Source: an uncultured Clostridia bacterium (GTDB lineage: Bacteria > Bacillota > Clostridia > TANB77 > CAG-508). Taken from it: a stretch of DNA of 64,000 nt. The DNA lies in contig CAKPLQ010000001.1 of assembly GCA_934167685.1 (NCBI GenBank), positions 2,624 to 66,623 of the forward strand. The letters run 5' to 3'. The position numbers were made by a program, and so were the translations under genes. Every line of letters begins with the position of its first letter. Position 1 is the first letter of the stretch. The notes beneath the pieces are model-generated. The model was not told where the DNA came from and made no database searches. It saw only the letters and a list, made by a program, of their open reading frames with translations. Below are positions 1 through 10,238 of this stretch, one piece after another.

Positions 1-283
1 GAATGCATACATGCATTTGAAGAATATAAAAAGGAGAGCGGAGTAATATACTAAAATTGATCAAGATGGAACAAAAAAGTACCATTCTTGTGAGCAAAAC
101 AGAACCGGTCCATAATGTGTGTAAACAAGGTTGGCTCTGCATACCTTGAAAAGTCTTTTAATTAAAAAAGAAGAACCGGCACATTATTAAGGTGGCGGTT
201 CTTTGTTGATTCTTGACATAGCAGCAAAAATTCAATTAATCAATTGCTTTATACTTTATAATAGAACATAATTTTAAAATATA

Positions 284-577
284 TTATTTCTTTAAATTTC
301 CACATTTTTGACATCTTCCTGTTAAAGTAGCACAAGTATTACAAATTACAGGAACAGCTGTATTCGAATTAATATATGAATTTCCACATAATTTACAACT
401 CCATGATGTAAATGCAGCTCCAGCCGGTGACAATTGATGTCCATCACATTGAATGTTTCCGAAAATTTCAGTTGCTTTTTTATTCAAGGTAAGTAGTTTT
501 ACTCCAATAATTAAAGTAATTATAGCTACTATTATACTTACAATTGTAATAAATTTCTTTTTTAATTTTGTATTCAT
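284..577 (-). CDS. hypothetical small membrane protein with C-terminal Cys-rich (4x CxxC-like) zinc-ribbon region
   Basis: 97-aa ORF with an N-terminal hydrophobic helix and a C-terminal CDGH...CKLCG...CNTC...CQKCG cysteine pattern. No recognisable family. Confidence 0.35.
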   Translation of the reverse strand: MNTKLKKKFITIVSIIVAIITLIIGVKLLTLNKKATEIFGNIQCDGHQLSPAGAAFTSWSCKLCGNSYINSNTAVPVICNTCATLTGRCQKCGNLKK

Positions 578-771
578 AAAATAATTACCTCCAAAATATT
601 ATTACTTCCTATATTATACTATAAATTTGTTTAAACAATAATGAATTGACAAAATTATAATATTTGGTTCTAAAACACTTAAACATTCTTCTAATTAAAT
701 ATAAAGGCAAAAAAATCAATCTTTTATAGTTTATTCCGTGATTTTCACTTGGTGTGACGATTCAATTTTCA

Positions 772-1124
772 TGGTGGAGATGAGGGGAGTCGAACCCCTG
801 TCCACAACACCATCCACACAAACTTCTCCGAGTGCAGTTTATTATTAAAATTCATCTAACAAGCATTAATAAACAAACGATTGATAGATATATCTGCAAG
901 ATACCCACTGTTTTTGCAGAGAAAACAGCTTTGTTTCCCACTAAAATGACACCAAATTAAAATATGTGGGGATATTTTAACAGGCGATGCTGCAATTAGG
1001 CAGCAAATGCTAATTCTGTATTATCAGCGTTTATATTTAGTTTTCTCGTTTTTTTAAGTGGCAAACGAGAATCCACTACTCGCTATTTGTGCTTCCAATG
1101 TAATGTCGAAACCATTACATCCCC
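772..1124 (-). ncRNA. ssrA: tmRNA (SsrA)
   Basis: The minus strand reads 5' GGGGATGTAATGGTTTCGACATTACATTGGAAGCAC... and ends with the tRNA-like GGGGTTCGACTCCCCTCATCTCCACCA. An internal tag reading frame, GCT GAT AAT ACA GAA TTA GCA TTT GCT GCC TAA, encodes (A)DNTELAFAA followed by a stop, as expected for a proteolysis tag. Confidence 0.85.
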
Positions 1125-1140
1125 ATGTAATACAATAATT

Positions 1141-1169
1141 ATTATAATATATTTTTAAATTAAATTCAA
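1141..1169 (-). promoter_or_regulatory. sigma-A-type promoter for ssrA (TTGAAT-17-TATAAT on the minus strand)
   Basis: The reverse complement of 1141-1169 gives TTGAAT, a 17-nt spacer and TATAAT, about 16 nt upstream of the tmRNA 5' end. Confidence 0.5.
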
Positions 1170-1323
1170 GTTTTTTAAAATTGAATTTTGTATAAAATGC
1201 AAATTATTGATACTTGAAATAAAGATGTTAGAACTTATAATTTGAAAAAATAATTTTGAAAAAAGGTATTTACAAAATAAAAAATGTTTTATATAATTAG
1301 TATAGAATTAATATAAAGGAGAA

Positions 1324-2256
1324 ATGGAAAAAATGGATAAAGAAAGAGAAAAATGTGCTGAAATTTTAAAAAGAACAGGGGTACCTGAAAATTTAATAAA
1401 TACACCAGCTATATTTGAAGATTGTTTTAAAAATTATTGTAAAAATGAGAAAAAAGAAAATATAAGGGCAGTAGTACCAAAAGATAATGAATTTACATTT
1501 TTAGGTACTAGATATGTACTAAAAGATGATAATACATTAGAAGAAGAATATAATGATTTCTATGATCCAAAATGTGAAAATTATGCAGAAATATTAAAAA
1601 AAGAAAAATTGAATAAATACGGTATTGCTGAAAAATGTTCATACAACATGTGTGCGTATGGCAGATTAGATTTTGGGATGACTGATAATCATGTAGTTGA
1701 AAGAAAAAATGGAAAAATAATAACTATTTATGGATTTTATCAAAATAAAATAAATTCTATTGACAGCGGTGTAATTGATTTGAACTCTCAAGCTAGTTTT
1801 TTGGAAAGAAAAAAAGAAGAAAAAATTGATTTAAAATCTACATTGGATACATTTGATAAAAATGCTAAAGATGCAGTTGAAAATTATCCACAATTAAAAG
1901 AATACTATGATGAATTAAGAAAAGGTGTTATTGCTGAATTAAAAGACCAATATTTGTTAAATATTGACTCATTTATAGTAGATGATGATAATATTCAAAT
2001 ACTTGGAATAACAGATGAGGACTATAGAAAAAAATTAACTGAATTATCAGAACAATTAACTGAATTATCAGAACAATTAGATGAAGCAAATGAAAAAAAT
2101 AAAAAATTAAAGAGAGATAATGCATCTTTAACTTCAAAATTGAAATCAACTTTAGAATTTTGTGAAGATGTAAAAAATAGTAAATTTGGAAGTCTTTTCT
2201 TTGGCAGAAAAATTAAAAAATTGAATGGCATTCAGGAACAACAAGAAGAAAGATAG
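1324..2256 (+). CDS. hypothetical coiled-coil protein with a tandem LTELSEQ repeat
   Basis: 310-aa ORF with a good RBS (AAGGAGAAATG). It is Lys/Glu-rich, its C-terminal region has coiled-coil character, and it contains an exact 21-nt tandem duplication at 2035-2076. No family recognised. Confidence 0.5.
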   Translation: MEKMDKEREKCAEILKRTGVPENLINTPAIFEDCFKNYCKNEKKENIRAVVPKDNEFTFLGTRYVLKDDNTLEEEYNDFYDPKCENYAEILKKEKLNKYGIAEKCSYNMCAYGRLDFGMTDNHVVERKNGKIITIYGFYQNKINSIDSGVIDLNSQASFLERKKEEKIDLKSTLDTFDKNAKDAVENYPQLKEYYDELRKGVIAELKDQYLLNIDSFIVDDDNIQILGITDEDYRKKLTELSEQLTELSEQLDEANEKNKKLKRDNASLTSKLKSTLEFCEDVKNSKFGSLFFGRKIKKLNGIQEQQEER

Positions 2257-2661
2257 AAGTTAATGTAAAATCTAGTAATAACAAAGGTTTTTCCTATAAA
2301 CAATTTAGTAAAAATCATAAATTTTCAAATATTTAAAAGATGAATTGTAAAAAATATATACAAGTTCATCTTTTTTTGAATTTATAATAACAATTTTTAA
2401 ATTTAATAATACAAAAAATACAATTAGCACAACAAAAAGCGGTAATTTTTGCAAATATAACATTATTAGATTTGTATTGGGAAGGTTATTCAAGTATAAA
2501 CTTGAAATATATGAGCTAATTTGCAAAAACATATTCTAATTATTTAGATGTAAAAGATGTACAGAAGAGATAGAATTTTAACAAAATTTTGATAAAAATG
2601 TATAAAATTTTCCTCTTTTGAGATAATAAAATTAGACTTGAAATTAAAGGAGGAAAAAAGA

Positions 2662-3216
2662 ATGAAAGCAACAGGAGTTGTAAGAAGAATAGACGATTTA
2701 GGTAGAGTAGTAATACCAAAAGAAATAAGAAAAACATTACGTATAAAAGAAGGCGAGCCTTTAGAAATATTTACAGATAGAGAAGGCCAAGTAATATTAA
2801 AGAAATATTCACCAATAGGTGAACTATCAGAATTTGCATCAGGATATGCAGAAACATTGTCAAAAACAACTGGACATATAGCATGTATTACAGATAAAGA
2901 CACAGTAATAGCAATGTCTGGTGCACCTAAAAAAGAATTTTTAGAGCAAAATGTTAGTGAAGAGTTAGAACAATTAATGGAAGATAAAGAAATATATACA
3001 AGTAAAGAAAATAGTGATGTTGCAGTTCCTATAACAAAAAATGATAATAATGAAAGAAAATATAATGCACAAGTAGTATACCCAATAATTTCAAATGGGG
3101 ATACAATTGGAACAGTAATTTTATTGTCTAAAGAATCAAATACAAAAATGAATGAAGTCGAAAAAAAGGTTGCTCAGTCAGCTGCAAGTTTTTTGGGAAG
3201 TCAAATGGAAATATAA
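2662..3216 (+). CDS. spoVT: stage V sporulation protein T (AbrB/SpoVT N-domain plus GAF domain)
   Basis: The N-terminus MKATGVVRRIDDLGRVVIPKEIRKTLRIKEGEPLEIFTD is a canonical AbrB/SpoVT swapped-hairpin domain. It is followed by a GAF-like region of about 130 aa. The RBS AGGAGGAAAAAAGAATG precedes it. Start chosen at the first ATG after the RBS; the ORF track begins at an upstream TTG. Confidence 0.85.
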   Translation: MKATGVVRRIDDLGRVVIPKEIRKTLRIKEGEPLEIFTDREGQVILKKYSPIGELSEFASGYAETLSKTTGHIACITDKDTVIAMSGAPKKEFLEQNVSEELEQLMEDKEIYTSKENSDVAVPITKNDNNERKYNAQVVYPIISNGDTIGTVILLSKESNTKMNEVEKKVAQSAASFLGSQMEI

Positions 3217-3226
3217 ATTCTAAAAG

Positions 3227-3301
3227 TGAACGGATGGGACCGGTTCTCAACGGTGCAGTAAACATAAAAATGCACCGTTGAGAACCGGCCCCAAACGTTC
3301 A
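3227..3301. repeat. palindromic repeat element copy A (hairpin dimer of the 31-nt GAACCGGTCCC-core unit); probable bidirectional terminator between convergent spoVT and mutS2
   Basis: tgaacggatGGGACCGGTTCTCAACGGTGCA, a 13-nt loop gtaaacataaaaa, then TGCACCGTTGAGAACCGGCCCCaaacgttca. The mutS2 stop codon lies inside the right arm. The same unit recurs at 37622, 38583, 56743 and 60707. Confidence 0.8.
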
Positions 3302-5680
3302 TTTTATTTTTAAACTAACAATGGTAACTCCCATTTCGCCTTCGCCAAAAGTACCAAGGCGGAAACTACCAACAAATTTATTATTTTTTAAGTAACGATG
3401 TATGCCATTACGCAAAGCACCAGTACCTTTACCATGTACTATACGTATAGGAGAAAGTTTTGCAACAAAGCAGTCATCGATATATTTATCTATAAGTGGA
3501 ACTGCTTCATCAACTGTCAATCCTAACACATTGATTTCTGGTTTTACAGTTTGAGCTTTAAAACTAGAATTACCAAGTACTTTACCAGAACTTCCGATAT
3601 TTGATTTTTTACTAGTATGATTCTCTGATTTAGATTCATACAAATTCTTAATATCAATTTTCATCTTCATTATACCAACTTGAACTTGAACAGTATTATC
3701 TTTAGAAATATTAGAAACTACAACACCATCAGAACCTAAATTATTTATATAAACATTTAAACCAGGTTTGATATCTTCACGTTTAATAGATGGAAGCAAA
3801 TTATCAGAAAGTTCAACAGTATCTGAACCAGAAAGTGAAGATATTTCATCATTTAATTTATTTCTAAGTTTATTAGCCTTAGAGGCAGAAGTGGTAGTAT
3901 CTAAATCTTTTATAATAGAATTAGCAGTTTCTTTAGCATCAATCAAAATTTGTTTTGCCTCTTGTTTAGCATTTGCAACCAATTCTTTTTCTTTACTAGA
4001 AACATCAAAGTGCTGATTTTTTAAAGTTTTACGCAATTCTTCTGCTTCTTGCAAAGCGATAGAAGTATGGCGTTTTTCGTCTTCAATTTTAGATTTTTCG
4101 TCATAGATGTTTTTTAGCAAATCTTCAAGATTAACAGTTTCTTTATCAATCATAGAAGAAGCACGTTCTATAATTGCCTCATTTAAACCTAATTTTCTAC
4201 TTATCGCAAAAGCATTACTTTTACCAGGAATGCCTATTAATAGACGATAAGTAGGTTTTAAATTTTCTATGTCAAATTCTACACTGGCGTTTTTAAAACC
4301 AGGTGTAACTAAAGCATATTTTTTCAATTCTTGATAATGTGATGTTGCTACAGTAAGGCAACCAAGTTCTGTAAAGTATTGTAAAATGCTGATTGCAAGA
4401 TGTGCACCTTCAAGTGGGTCTGTACCAGAACCTAATTCATCCACAAGAATTAAGCTATCTGCAGTGGCTGTTTGAGTGATTTTAACAATGTTACTAATGT
4501 GAGATGAAAATGTACTTAAAGATTCAGTAATACTTTGTTCATCACCAATATCAGCGAAGATGTGGTCAAATACATAAATGCTAGAATGTTCATCTGCAGG
4601 GATATTTAAACCACTACATGCCATGGCTGATAAAAGACCGATTGTTTTTAATGATACAGTTTTTCCGCCAGTGTTTGGACCTGTAATAATCAAACTTGAA
4701 AAGTCAGTGCCTAGTACTAAAGAAATAGGTACAACTTTGTCCATATCAATTAAGGGATGACGGGCATTGTTTAAAATAATTTGCTTGTTGTTATTTATTT
4801 CTGGTGTAGTGCAGTGCAATTCTAAAGAATAATGTGCTTTGGCAAATATAAAATCAAGTTTTCCAATTAATTTAGCATTACTTTCAAGTTCTTTTGTGTA
4901 AGGGAATAGCAAACCACTCAAGTTTTGCAAAATTCTTTCAATTTCAAGTTCTTCTTCAATATGCAAGTTAGATAGTTCATTATTAAAGTCGAATACAGCT
5001 AATGGCTCGATAAATACAGTTGAACCACTACTTGACATGTCATGAACAAATCCTTTTACACAACTACGATATTCTTCCTTTACAGGTATTACAAAACGAC
5101 CATTACGAATTGTTACAAGGTTTTCTCTCATGTATTTTGAGTATGTGGAAGAGTGTAAAATGGTATTTAATTTGGCACGAATGTCTTGTTCAATTTTTCG
5201 TTCTTTTCGACGAATGTCTTGCAACTTAGCAGAAGCACTATCTGCGATTGTATATTCATCAACAATTGATTTTGCAAAAGTAGCAACAATGCTTGGATTT
5301 ACGTATAATTCTGTAAAGTATGGTTCAATGGCAGAGAAGTCTGAGGTTGCGAGAAAGTCTTTTGAAAGATATTCTTTTAAATCTGCTGACATTTGCAAAA
5401 TGTTTTGAAGTTCTAATAATGCTTTTATGCTAAGAGAACCACAGCCTTCTAATGTTTTTAAATATACTGTAATATCAGCAATTTCTCCAAGTGGTGGGGT
5501 ACTGTTTCTTTGCATTAAAATTACTCCTTGACTTGTTTCGTTTAGTATTTTTTGTACTTCTGCTTTGTCTTGTGATGGACGTAATTCTTCTGCATATTTT
5601 TTTCCTATATATGTTTTACAATAGTTTGATATGTTTTCTAATATTTTATCAAATTCTAGTTTTTTTAGATTGTTGTTCAT
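3299..5680 (-). CDS. mutS2: endonuclease MutS2 (MutS ATPase domain plus C-terminal Smr domain)
   Basis: 793 aa. It has a Walker A motif ITGPNTGGKT and the MutS signature LVDELGSGTDPLEGAHLA. The C-terminal Smr domain reads ...DLHGLTVDEA...IVHGKGTGALR. Confidence 0.9.
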   Translation of the reverse strand: MNNNLKKLEFDKILENISNYCKTYIGKKYAEELRPSQDKAEVQKILNETSQGVILMQRNSTPPLGEIADITVYLKTLEGCGSLSIKALLELQNILQMSADLKEYLSKDFLATSDFSAIEPYFTELYVNPSIVATFAKSIVDEYTIADSASAKLQDIRRKERKIEQDIRAKLNTILHSSTYSKYMRENLVTIRNGRFVIPVKEEYRSCVKGFVHDMSSSGSTVFIEPLAVFDFNNELSNLHIEEELEIERILQNLSGLLFPYTKELESNAKLIGKLDFIFAKAHYSLELHCTTPEINNNKQIILNNARHPLIDMDKVVPISLVLGTDFSSLIITGPNTGGKTVSLKTIGLLSAMACSGLNIPADEHSSIYVFDHIFADIGDEQSITESLSTFSSHISNIVKITQTATADSLILVDELGSGTDPLEGAHLAISILQYFTELGCLTVATSHYQELKKYALVTPGFKNASVEFDIENLKPTYRLLIGIPGKSNAFAISRKLGLNEAIIERASSMIDKETVNLEDLLKNIYDEKSKIEDEKRHTSIALQEAEELRKTLKNQHFDVSSKEKELVANAKQEAKQILIDAKETANSIIKDLDTTTSASKANKLRNKLNDEISSLSGSDTVELSDNLLPSIKREDIKPGLNVYINNLGSDGVVVSNISKDNTVQVQVGIMKMKIDIKNLYESKSENHTSKKSNIGSSGKVLGNSSFKAQTVKPEINVLGLTVDEAVPLIDKYIDDCFVAKLSPIRIVHGKGTGALRNGIHRYLKNNKFVGSFRLGTFGEGEMGVTIVSLKIK

Positions 5681-5835
5681 TTAAAAATCATTCCCTTCTA
5701 AAGCATCAGTGGCTTTATAACACTATTATTATGTCACAAAAATGAGAAAATTTCAACAAAACCTTGCCAAAAATAGTAATAAAAGGTATAATGAAGATAT
5801 ACTAAAAAAATATAACTAAGAGAGGAGCGATTTTT

Positions 5836-6360
5836 ATGCAAATAAAAATAACAGGAAAGGAACTAAAGGTAACAGAAGCAATAAACGATTATGTAGAAAG
5901 AAAAATGGAAAGAGTAGCAAAATATTTTGATGATGCTGAAGCAGATGTAATGCTAAAAGTAGAAAAAAACATACAAATAGCAGAAATTAAAGTATCAGCA
6001 AACGGAGAAATGTTTAGAGCTGTAACAGAAGATAAAGATTTATATGCATCTATAGATAAAGATATAGACATATTAGAAGGACAAATAAGAAAATCAAAAA
6101 CAAAGAAAGACAAAATGATGAGAGATGCAAGCTTAAAAGCTTTAGATGCTGAAGAAACAGTACATGAGGTTACAGATGAAATATTAAAAACAGAATATTA
6201 TGACATCAAACCTATGACACCTGAAGATGCAAAATTAAAATTGCAAGAAAGACCATCTCAAATGATCTTGGCTTTTGTTAATGTAGAAACTTCTAAAGTT
6301 AATGTTATTCATAAATTAAAAGATGGTAAAAATTATGGTTTAATTGAGCCAGAGGCTTAA
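5836..6360 (+). CDS. hpf: ribosome hibernation promoting factor (long-form HPF/RaiA)
   Basis: 174 aa. The N-terminal sequence MQIKITGKELKVTEAINDYVERKMERVAKYF is typical of YfiA/HPF, and a C-terminal dimerisation domain is present. RBS AGAGGAG. Confidence 0.9.
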   Translation: MQIKITGKELKVTEAINDYVERKMERVAKYFDDAEADVMLKVEKNIQIAEIKVSANGEMFRAVTEDKDLYASIDKDIDILEGQIRKSKTKKDKMMRDASLKALDAEETVHEVTDEILKTEYYDIKPMTPEDAKLKLQERPSQMILAFVNVETSKVNVIHKLKDGKNYGLIEPEA

Positions 6361-6382
6361 TGATAAATAAATATATAATAAA

Positions 6383-6425
6383 AAGTTGTTTTGGATAAGA
6401 AATTATTTAAAGCAACTTTTTTGTG
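6383..6425 (+). terminator. rho-independent terminator downstream of hpf
   Basis: AAAGTTGTTTT...AAAGCAACTTTTTTG: a stem AAGTTG/CAACTT followed by a T-run. Confidence 0.5.
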
Positions 6426-6492
6426 TATTAAAGATTTTTTTAAGATGGAAAAAATTACATTGATAAAGTTTGAAAATTTTTATTATAAAGTA

Positions 6493-6521
6493 TTGAATTT
6501 TTTTTAGCATAACGATATAAT
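6493..6521 (+). promoter_or_regulatory. sigma-A-type promoter (TTGAAT-17-TATAAT) in front of polysaccharide module A
   Basis: TTGAAT at 6493-6498, a 17-nt spacer and TATAAT at 6516-6521. The annotated ATG at 6531 would then be nearly leaderless. An alternative TTGATA-17-TTATAA lies about 35 nt upstream. Confidence 0.4.
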
Positions 6522-6530
6522 GAACTTGAT

Positions 6531-7037
6531 ATGAAAAAATTCGACAAGAAACAACAAATAAAGATAATAAAAATAATATTAATTATAATATGGATGGGAG
6601 TAGTATTTGCATTTTCAAATCAAGGTGGAACAAAATCGAGTGGTACAAGCTCAAAGGTGACAAGAGTAATTGTAAATATTGTAACAAAAGACAATGAAGA
6701 ACCCAATAAACAAACAATGGAACAAATAGAAAAAGTTGTAAGAAAAGTCGCACATTATACTATTTATACAATAGGTGGATTCTTAATAATGAACTATACA
6801 TATTCAATGGAGAAAACCAAAAAGCAAAAGGTATTAGGAAGTTTACTTTTTGGCGTATTTTATGCGTCTACAGATGAATTACATCAATATTTTGTGCCTG
6901 GCAGAAGTGCAAGACTTTTTGATGTAGGAATTGATACACTAGGAGTTCTTACAGGAATTTTAGCATATTTAGTAATTAGAAAGTTAATAAAAAATATTGA
7001 TATACAAGTTAGGATTCATGGAAAAGAGGAAAAATGA
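6531..7037 (+). CDS. VanZ-like family membrane protein
   Basis: 168 aa, polytopic. The C-terminal segment ...TDELHQYFVPGRSARLFDVGIDTLGVLTG... matches the VanZ-like (PF04892) signature D-E-xHQ...PGR. Confidence 0.55.
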   Translation: MKKFDKKQQIKIIKIILIIIWMGVVFAFSNQGGTKSSGTSSKVTRVIVNIVTKDNEEPNKQTMEQIEKVVRKVAHYTIYTIGGFLIMNYTYSMEKTKKQKVLGSLLFGVFYASTDELHQYFVPGRSARLFDVGIDTLGVLTGILAYLVIRKLIKNIDIQVRIHGKEEK

Positions 7038-8977
7038 AAAGAGTTAATGATTTATTGAGAAAAAAATTCTCTAAGATAATAATTTTTATGTTACTAGATG
7101 TTAGTGTTATGCTAGTTGCCACATTTTTAGCGGTTGCTTTAAGATTTGACTTTATAAATATACCATTACAATATTTAGAAGTAGCCTTTAAGTATGTTGC
7201 TTTAGATATTGCTATTATGGTAACATCTTTTTCATTGTATAATTTGTATACATCAGTATGGAGATATGCTTCAATTACAGAACTAATTAATATTGTAATG
7301 GCTTGTGGTACAACAGAAATAATTTGTTTTGCATACAAAAAGTTTTTAGGAATATCAATGCCAAGAAGTTATTATTTAATTAGAGTATTACTATTAGTGC
7401 TTCTAATTACTTCAGTTAGATTTTCATTTAGAATATTAAGAACTCTTATTATAAAGATTGAAAATAAAAAGAAAAATAATAATATAATGATAATAGGTGC
7501 TGGAGAAGCTGCCAGATTATTAATAGATGAAATATCAAGAAATAAAAAATATTTTGATTCGAAAATAGTTTGTATAATAGATGATAACAAAGAAAAAATT
7601 GGAACATATTTAAGAGGAATACAAATTGTTGGAACAAGAAAGAAAATTAAGCAAGCATCTGAAACATATCAAGTTAATCAAATTATAATTGCAATTCCAT
7701 CAGCTCCAAAAGAGGAAATTTCTAAAATAGTTACAGAGTGCCAAAAGACCACTTGTGAATTAAAGATATTACCTTCAATTTATTTAACGATGAATGAAAA
7801 AGAAAATAATATTGTTAATAATATAAGACCAATATCATATGAAGACTTTTTAGGAAGAAGCCAAATCGTTGTTGATATTAATGAAATTTCTGATAATATT
7901 ACAGATAAAGTTATAATGGTAACTGGAGGAGGAGGTTCAATAGGTTCTGAACTTTGCAGACAGATTGCAAAATGTAATCCAAAGCAATTAATTATATTTG
8001 ATATTTACGAAAACAATGCATATGATATTCAAATGGAACTTTTAAGGGACTATCCAAAACTTGATTTACATGTTATAATTGGTTCAGTTAGAGATTATGA
8101 CAGATTAGAAAGAGTATTTAGGGAATATAAACCAAATCAAGTTTTCCATGCTGCAGCACATAAACATGTGCCATTAATGGAAATGAGTCCTAATGAGGCA
8201 ATAAAAAATAATTGTTTAGGAACGTTAAATTGTGCTAAATTAGCAGATAAATATAAAGTTGCAAAATTTGTACTAATTTCAACAGATAAAGCAGTAAGAC
8301 CAACGAATATAATGGGAGCATCAAAAAGAATTTGTGAAATGATAATTCAGAGCTATGATAAAAAAAGCAAAAATACATCTTATGTAGCAGTAAGATTTGG
8401 AAATGTGTTAGGTTCAAATGGTTCTGTAATTCCATTATTTTTAAAGCAGATAGAAAATGGAGGGCCTGTGACTGTTACACATAAAGATATAACTAGATTT
8501 TTTATGACAATACCAGAAGCAGTAAGTTTAGTGCTACAAGCAAGCGTTTATGCCGAAGGTGGAGAAATATTTGTTTTAGATATGGGACAACCTGTTAAAA
8601 TATATGATTTAGCAAAACAGATTATAAGATATAAAGGTTTTGAACCAAATGTAGATATAAAAATAGAAATTACAGGCTTAAGACCTGGAGAAAAATTATA
8701 TGAAGAAATTTTAATGGATGAGGAAGGTTTAAAAGAAACTCCTAATAAATTAATCCATATTGGCAAACCAATTGAAATAGATAAAAATTTCTTTAGAGAT
8801 TTGGATTTATTAATAAAAGCTTCATATAATAATGAGCCAAATATAAAAAAGAAAGTGGCTAGAATTGTAAAGACGTATAGAATAGATGAAAATATAAATT
8901 CTGAGAATAAAAATTATGAAACAAAAGTAATAAAGAATAATTTTGAAATAACAGAATTAAGAGAAGTAAATGCTTAA
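7034..8977 (+). CDS. membrane-anchored UDP-GlcNAc 4,6-dehydratase (CapD/PglF/WbpM family)
   Basis: 647 aa. Four N-terminal transmembrane helices are followed by a Rossmann motif VTGGGGSIGSEL, a YxxxK catalytic motif and a CapD C-terminal domain. A 4-nt overlap with the upstream gene suggests operon coupling. Confidence 0.8.
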   Translation: MKRVNDLLRKKFSKIIIFMLLDVSVMLVATFLAVALRFDFINIPLQYLEVAFKYVALDIAIMVTSFSLYNLYTSVWRYASITELINIVMACGTTEIICFAYKKFLGISMPRSYYLIRVLLLVLLITSVRFSFRILRTLIIKIENKKKNNNIMIIGAGEAARLLIDEISRNKKYFDSKIVCIIDDNKEKIGTYLRGIQIVGTRKKIKQASETYQVNQIIIAIPSAPKEEISKIVTECQKTTCELKILPSIYLTMNEKENNIVNNIRPISYEDFLGRSQIVVDINEISDNITDKVIMVTGGGGSIGSELCRQIAKCNPKQLIIFDIYENNAYDIQMELLRDYPKLDLHVIIGSVRDYDRLERVFREYKPNQVFHAAAHKHVPLMEMSPNEAIKNNCLGTLNCAKLADKYKVAKFVLISTDKAVRPTNIMGASKRICEMIIQSYDKKSKNTSYVAVRFGNVLGSNGSVIPLFLKQIENGGPVTVTHKDITRFFMTIPEAVSLVLQASVYAEGGEIFVLDMGQPVKIYDLAKQIIRYKGFEPNVDIKIEITGLRPGEKLYEEILMDEEGLKETPNKLIHIGKPIEIDKNFFRDLDLLIKASYNNEPNIKKKVARIVKTYRIDENINSENKNYETKVIKNNFEITELREVNA

Positions 8978-9005
8978 AATTAGATAGAAAAGAGAATGAC
9001 AAGAG

Positions 9006-10238
9006 ATGAAAAATATAAAACCTTTTGAAAATAAAGTATGGTTAAGTTCACCAACAATGCATGGAGATGAAATAAAATGGGTTGAAGAGGCATATAGAAC
9101 AAATTGGATGAGCACAGTTGGTGAAAACATTAATGAAGTTGAAAAGATGACATGTAAAAAAGTTGGGTGCAAATATGCTGTTGCATTATCTTCTGGAACG
9201 GCATCATTGCATTTAGCAATGAAATTAGCAGGAATCAAAAAAGATGAAAAGGTATTTTGTAGTGATATGACATTTAGTGCAACAGTAAATCCTATTATAT
9301 ATGAGGGTGGAATACCTGTATTTATTGATACAGAATATGATTCATGGAATATGGACCCAGTAGCCTTAGAAAAGGCATTTGAACTTTACCCAGAGGTTAG
9401 AGTGATAGTTGTTGTTCATTTATATGGAACACCTGCAAAAATGGATGAAATAATAAAAATTGCTAAAAAACATAATGCTATTGTTATAGAAGATTCAGCT
9501 GAAAGCTTGGGGGCTACATATAAAGGAAAACAAACTGGAGCATTTGGAAAATATAATTGTATTTCATTTAATGGAAATAAGATTATAACAGGTTCAAGTG
9601 GAGGAATGTTGTTAACAGACGACTTAAATGCTGCTAATAAGGCAAGAAAATGGTCAACACAAGCAAGAGAAAATGCACCATGGTATCAGCATGAAGAAAT
9701 AGGTTATAATTACAGAATGAGCAATGTTATAGCAGGTGTAGTTAGAGGGCAATATCCACATTTAGAAGAGCATATAGCCCAAAAGAAGGCCATATATGAA
9801 AGATATAAAGAAGGATTAAAAGGATTACCATTAAAAATGAATCCGATTCCAGATAATTGTGAGCCTAATTATTGGTTGTCTTGCATGATAATAGATAAAG
9901 ACGCTATGTGCAAGCAAGTAAGAGGCGAACAAGAAGCTCTTTATATAAGTCAAAAAGGAAAATCTTGCCCAACAGAAATACTAGAAAAAATAGCAAGTAT
10001 AAATGCAGAAGGAAGACCAATTTGGAAACCAATGCACATGCAACCTATTTTTAGAATGAATCCATTTGTTACTGGACATGGTAATGGCAGAGCAAATACA
10101 AATGCATATATTGCAGGAGAAAGTCAAGATATTGGTATGGATATATTTAATAGAGGATTGTGTTTACCTTCTGATAATAAGATGACACCAGAACAACAAG
10201 ATAAAATTATAGATGTTATAAGAGGATGTTTTGAATGA
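9006..10238 (+). CDS. DegT/DnrJ/EryC1/StrS-family PLP-dependent sugar 4-aminotransferase (PglE/Cap/WbpE-like)
   Basis: 410 aa. Family motifs are present, including ...VALSSGTASLHLAL... and the lysine-containing ...SFNGNKIITGSSGG... Confidence 0.85.
   Translation: MKNIKPFENKVWLSSPTMHGDEIKWVEEAYRTNWMSTVGENINEVEKMTCKKVGCKYAVALSSGTASLHLAMKLAGIKKDEKVFCSDMTFSATVNPIIYEGGIPVFIDTEYDSWNMDPVALEKAFELYPEVRVIVVVHLYGTPAKMDEIIKIAKKHNAIVIEDSAESLGATYKGKQTGAFGKYNCISFNGNKIITGSSGGMLLTDDLNAANKARKWSTQARENAPWYQHEEIGYNYRMSNVIAGVVRGQYPHLEEHIAQKKAIYERYKEGLKGLPLKMNPIPDNCEPNYWLSCMIIDKDAMCKQVRGEQEALYISQKGKSCPTEILEKIASINAEGRPIWKPMHMQPIFRMNPFVTGHGNGRANTNAYIAGESQDIGMDIFNRGLCLPSDNKMTPEQQDKIIDVIRGCFE

Noticed and set aside
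3-18. 16-bp near-palindrome AATGCATACATGCATT at the window edge
   Set aside because: It has one central mismatch and sits at the truncated window start with no interpretable context. It may belong to the upstream gene.
2022-2903. Minus-strand ORFs of 65-119 aa in the AT-rich spoVT upstream region and inside the 1324 gene
   Set aside because: Their translations are poly-Leu/Phe/Ile, typical of AT-rich noise. They overlap better-supported genes or promoter regions.
3768-5408. Plus-strand ORFs (3768-4016, 4578-4760, 5020-5229, 5130-5408) inside mutS2
   Set aside because: They are embedded antisense within a well-supported 793-aa MutS2 ORF. They have low-complexity or hydrophobic translations and no RBS.
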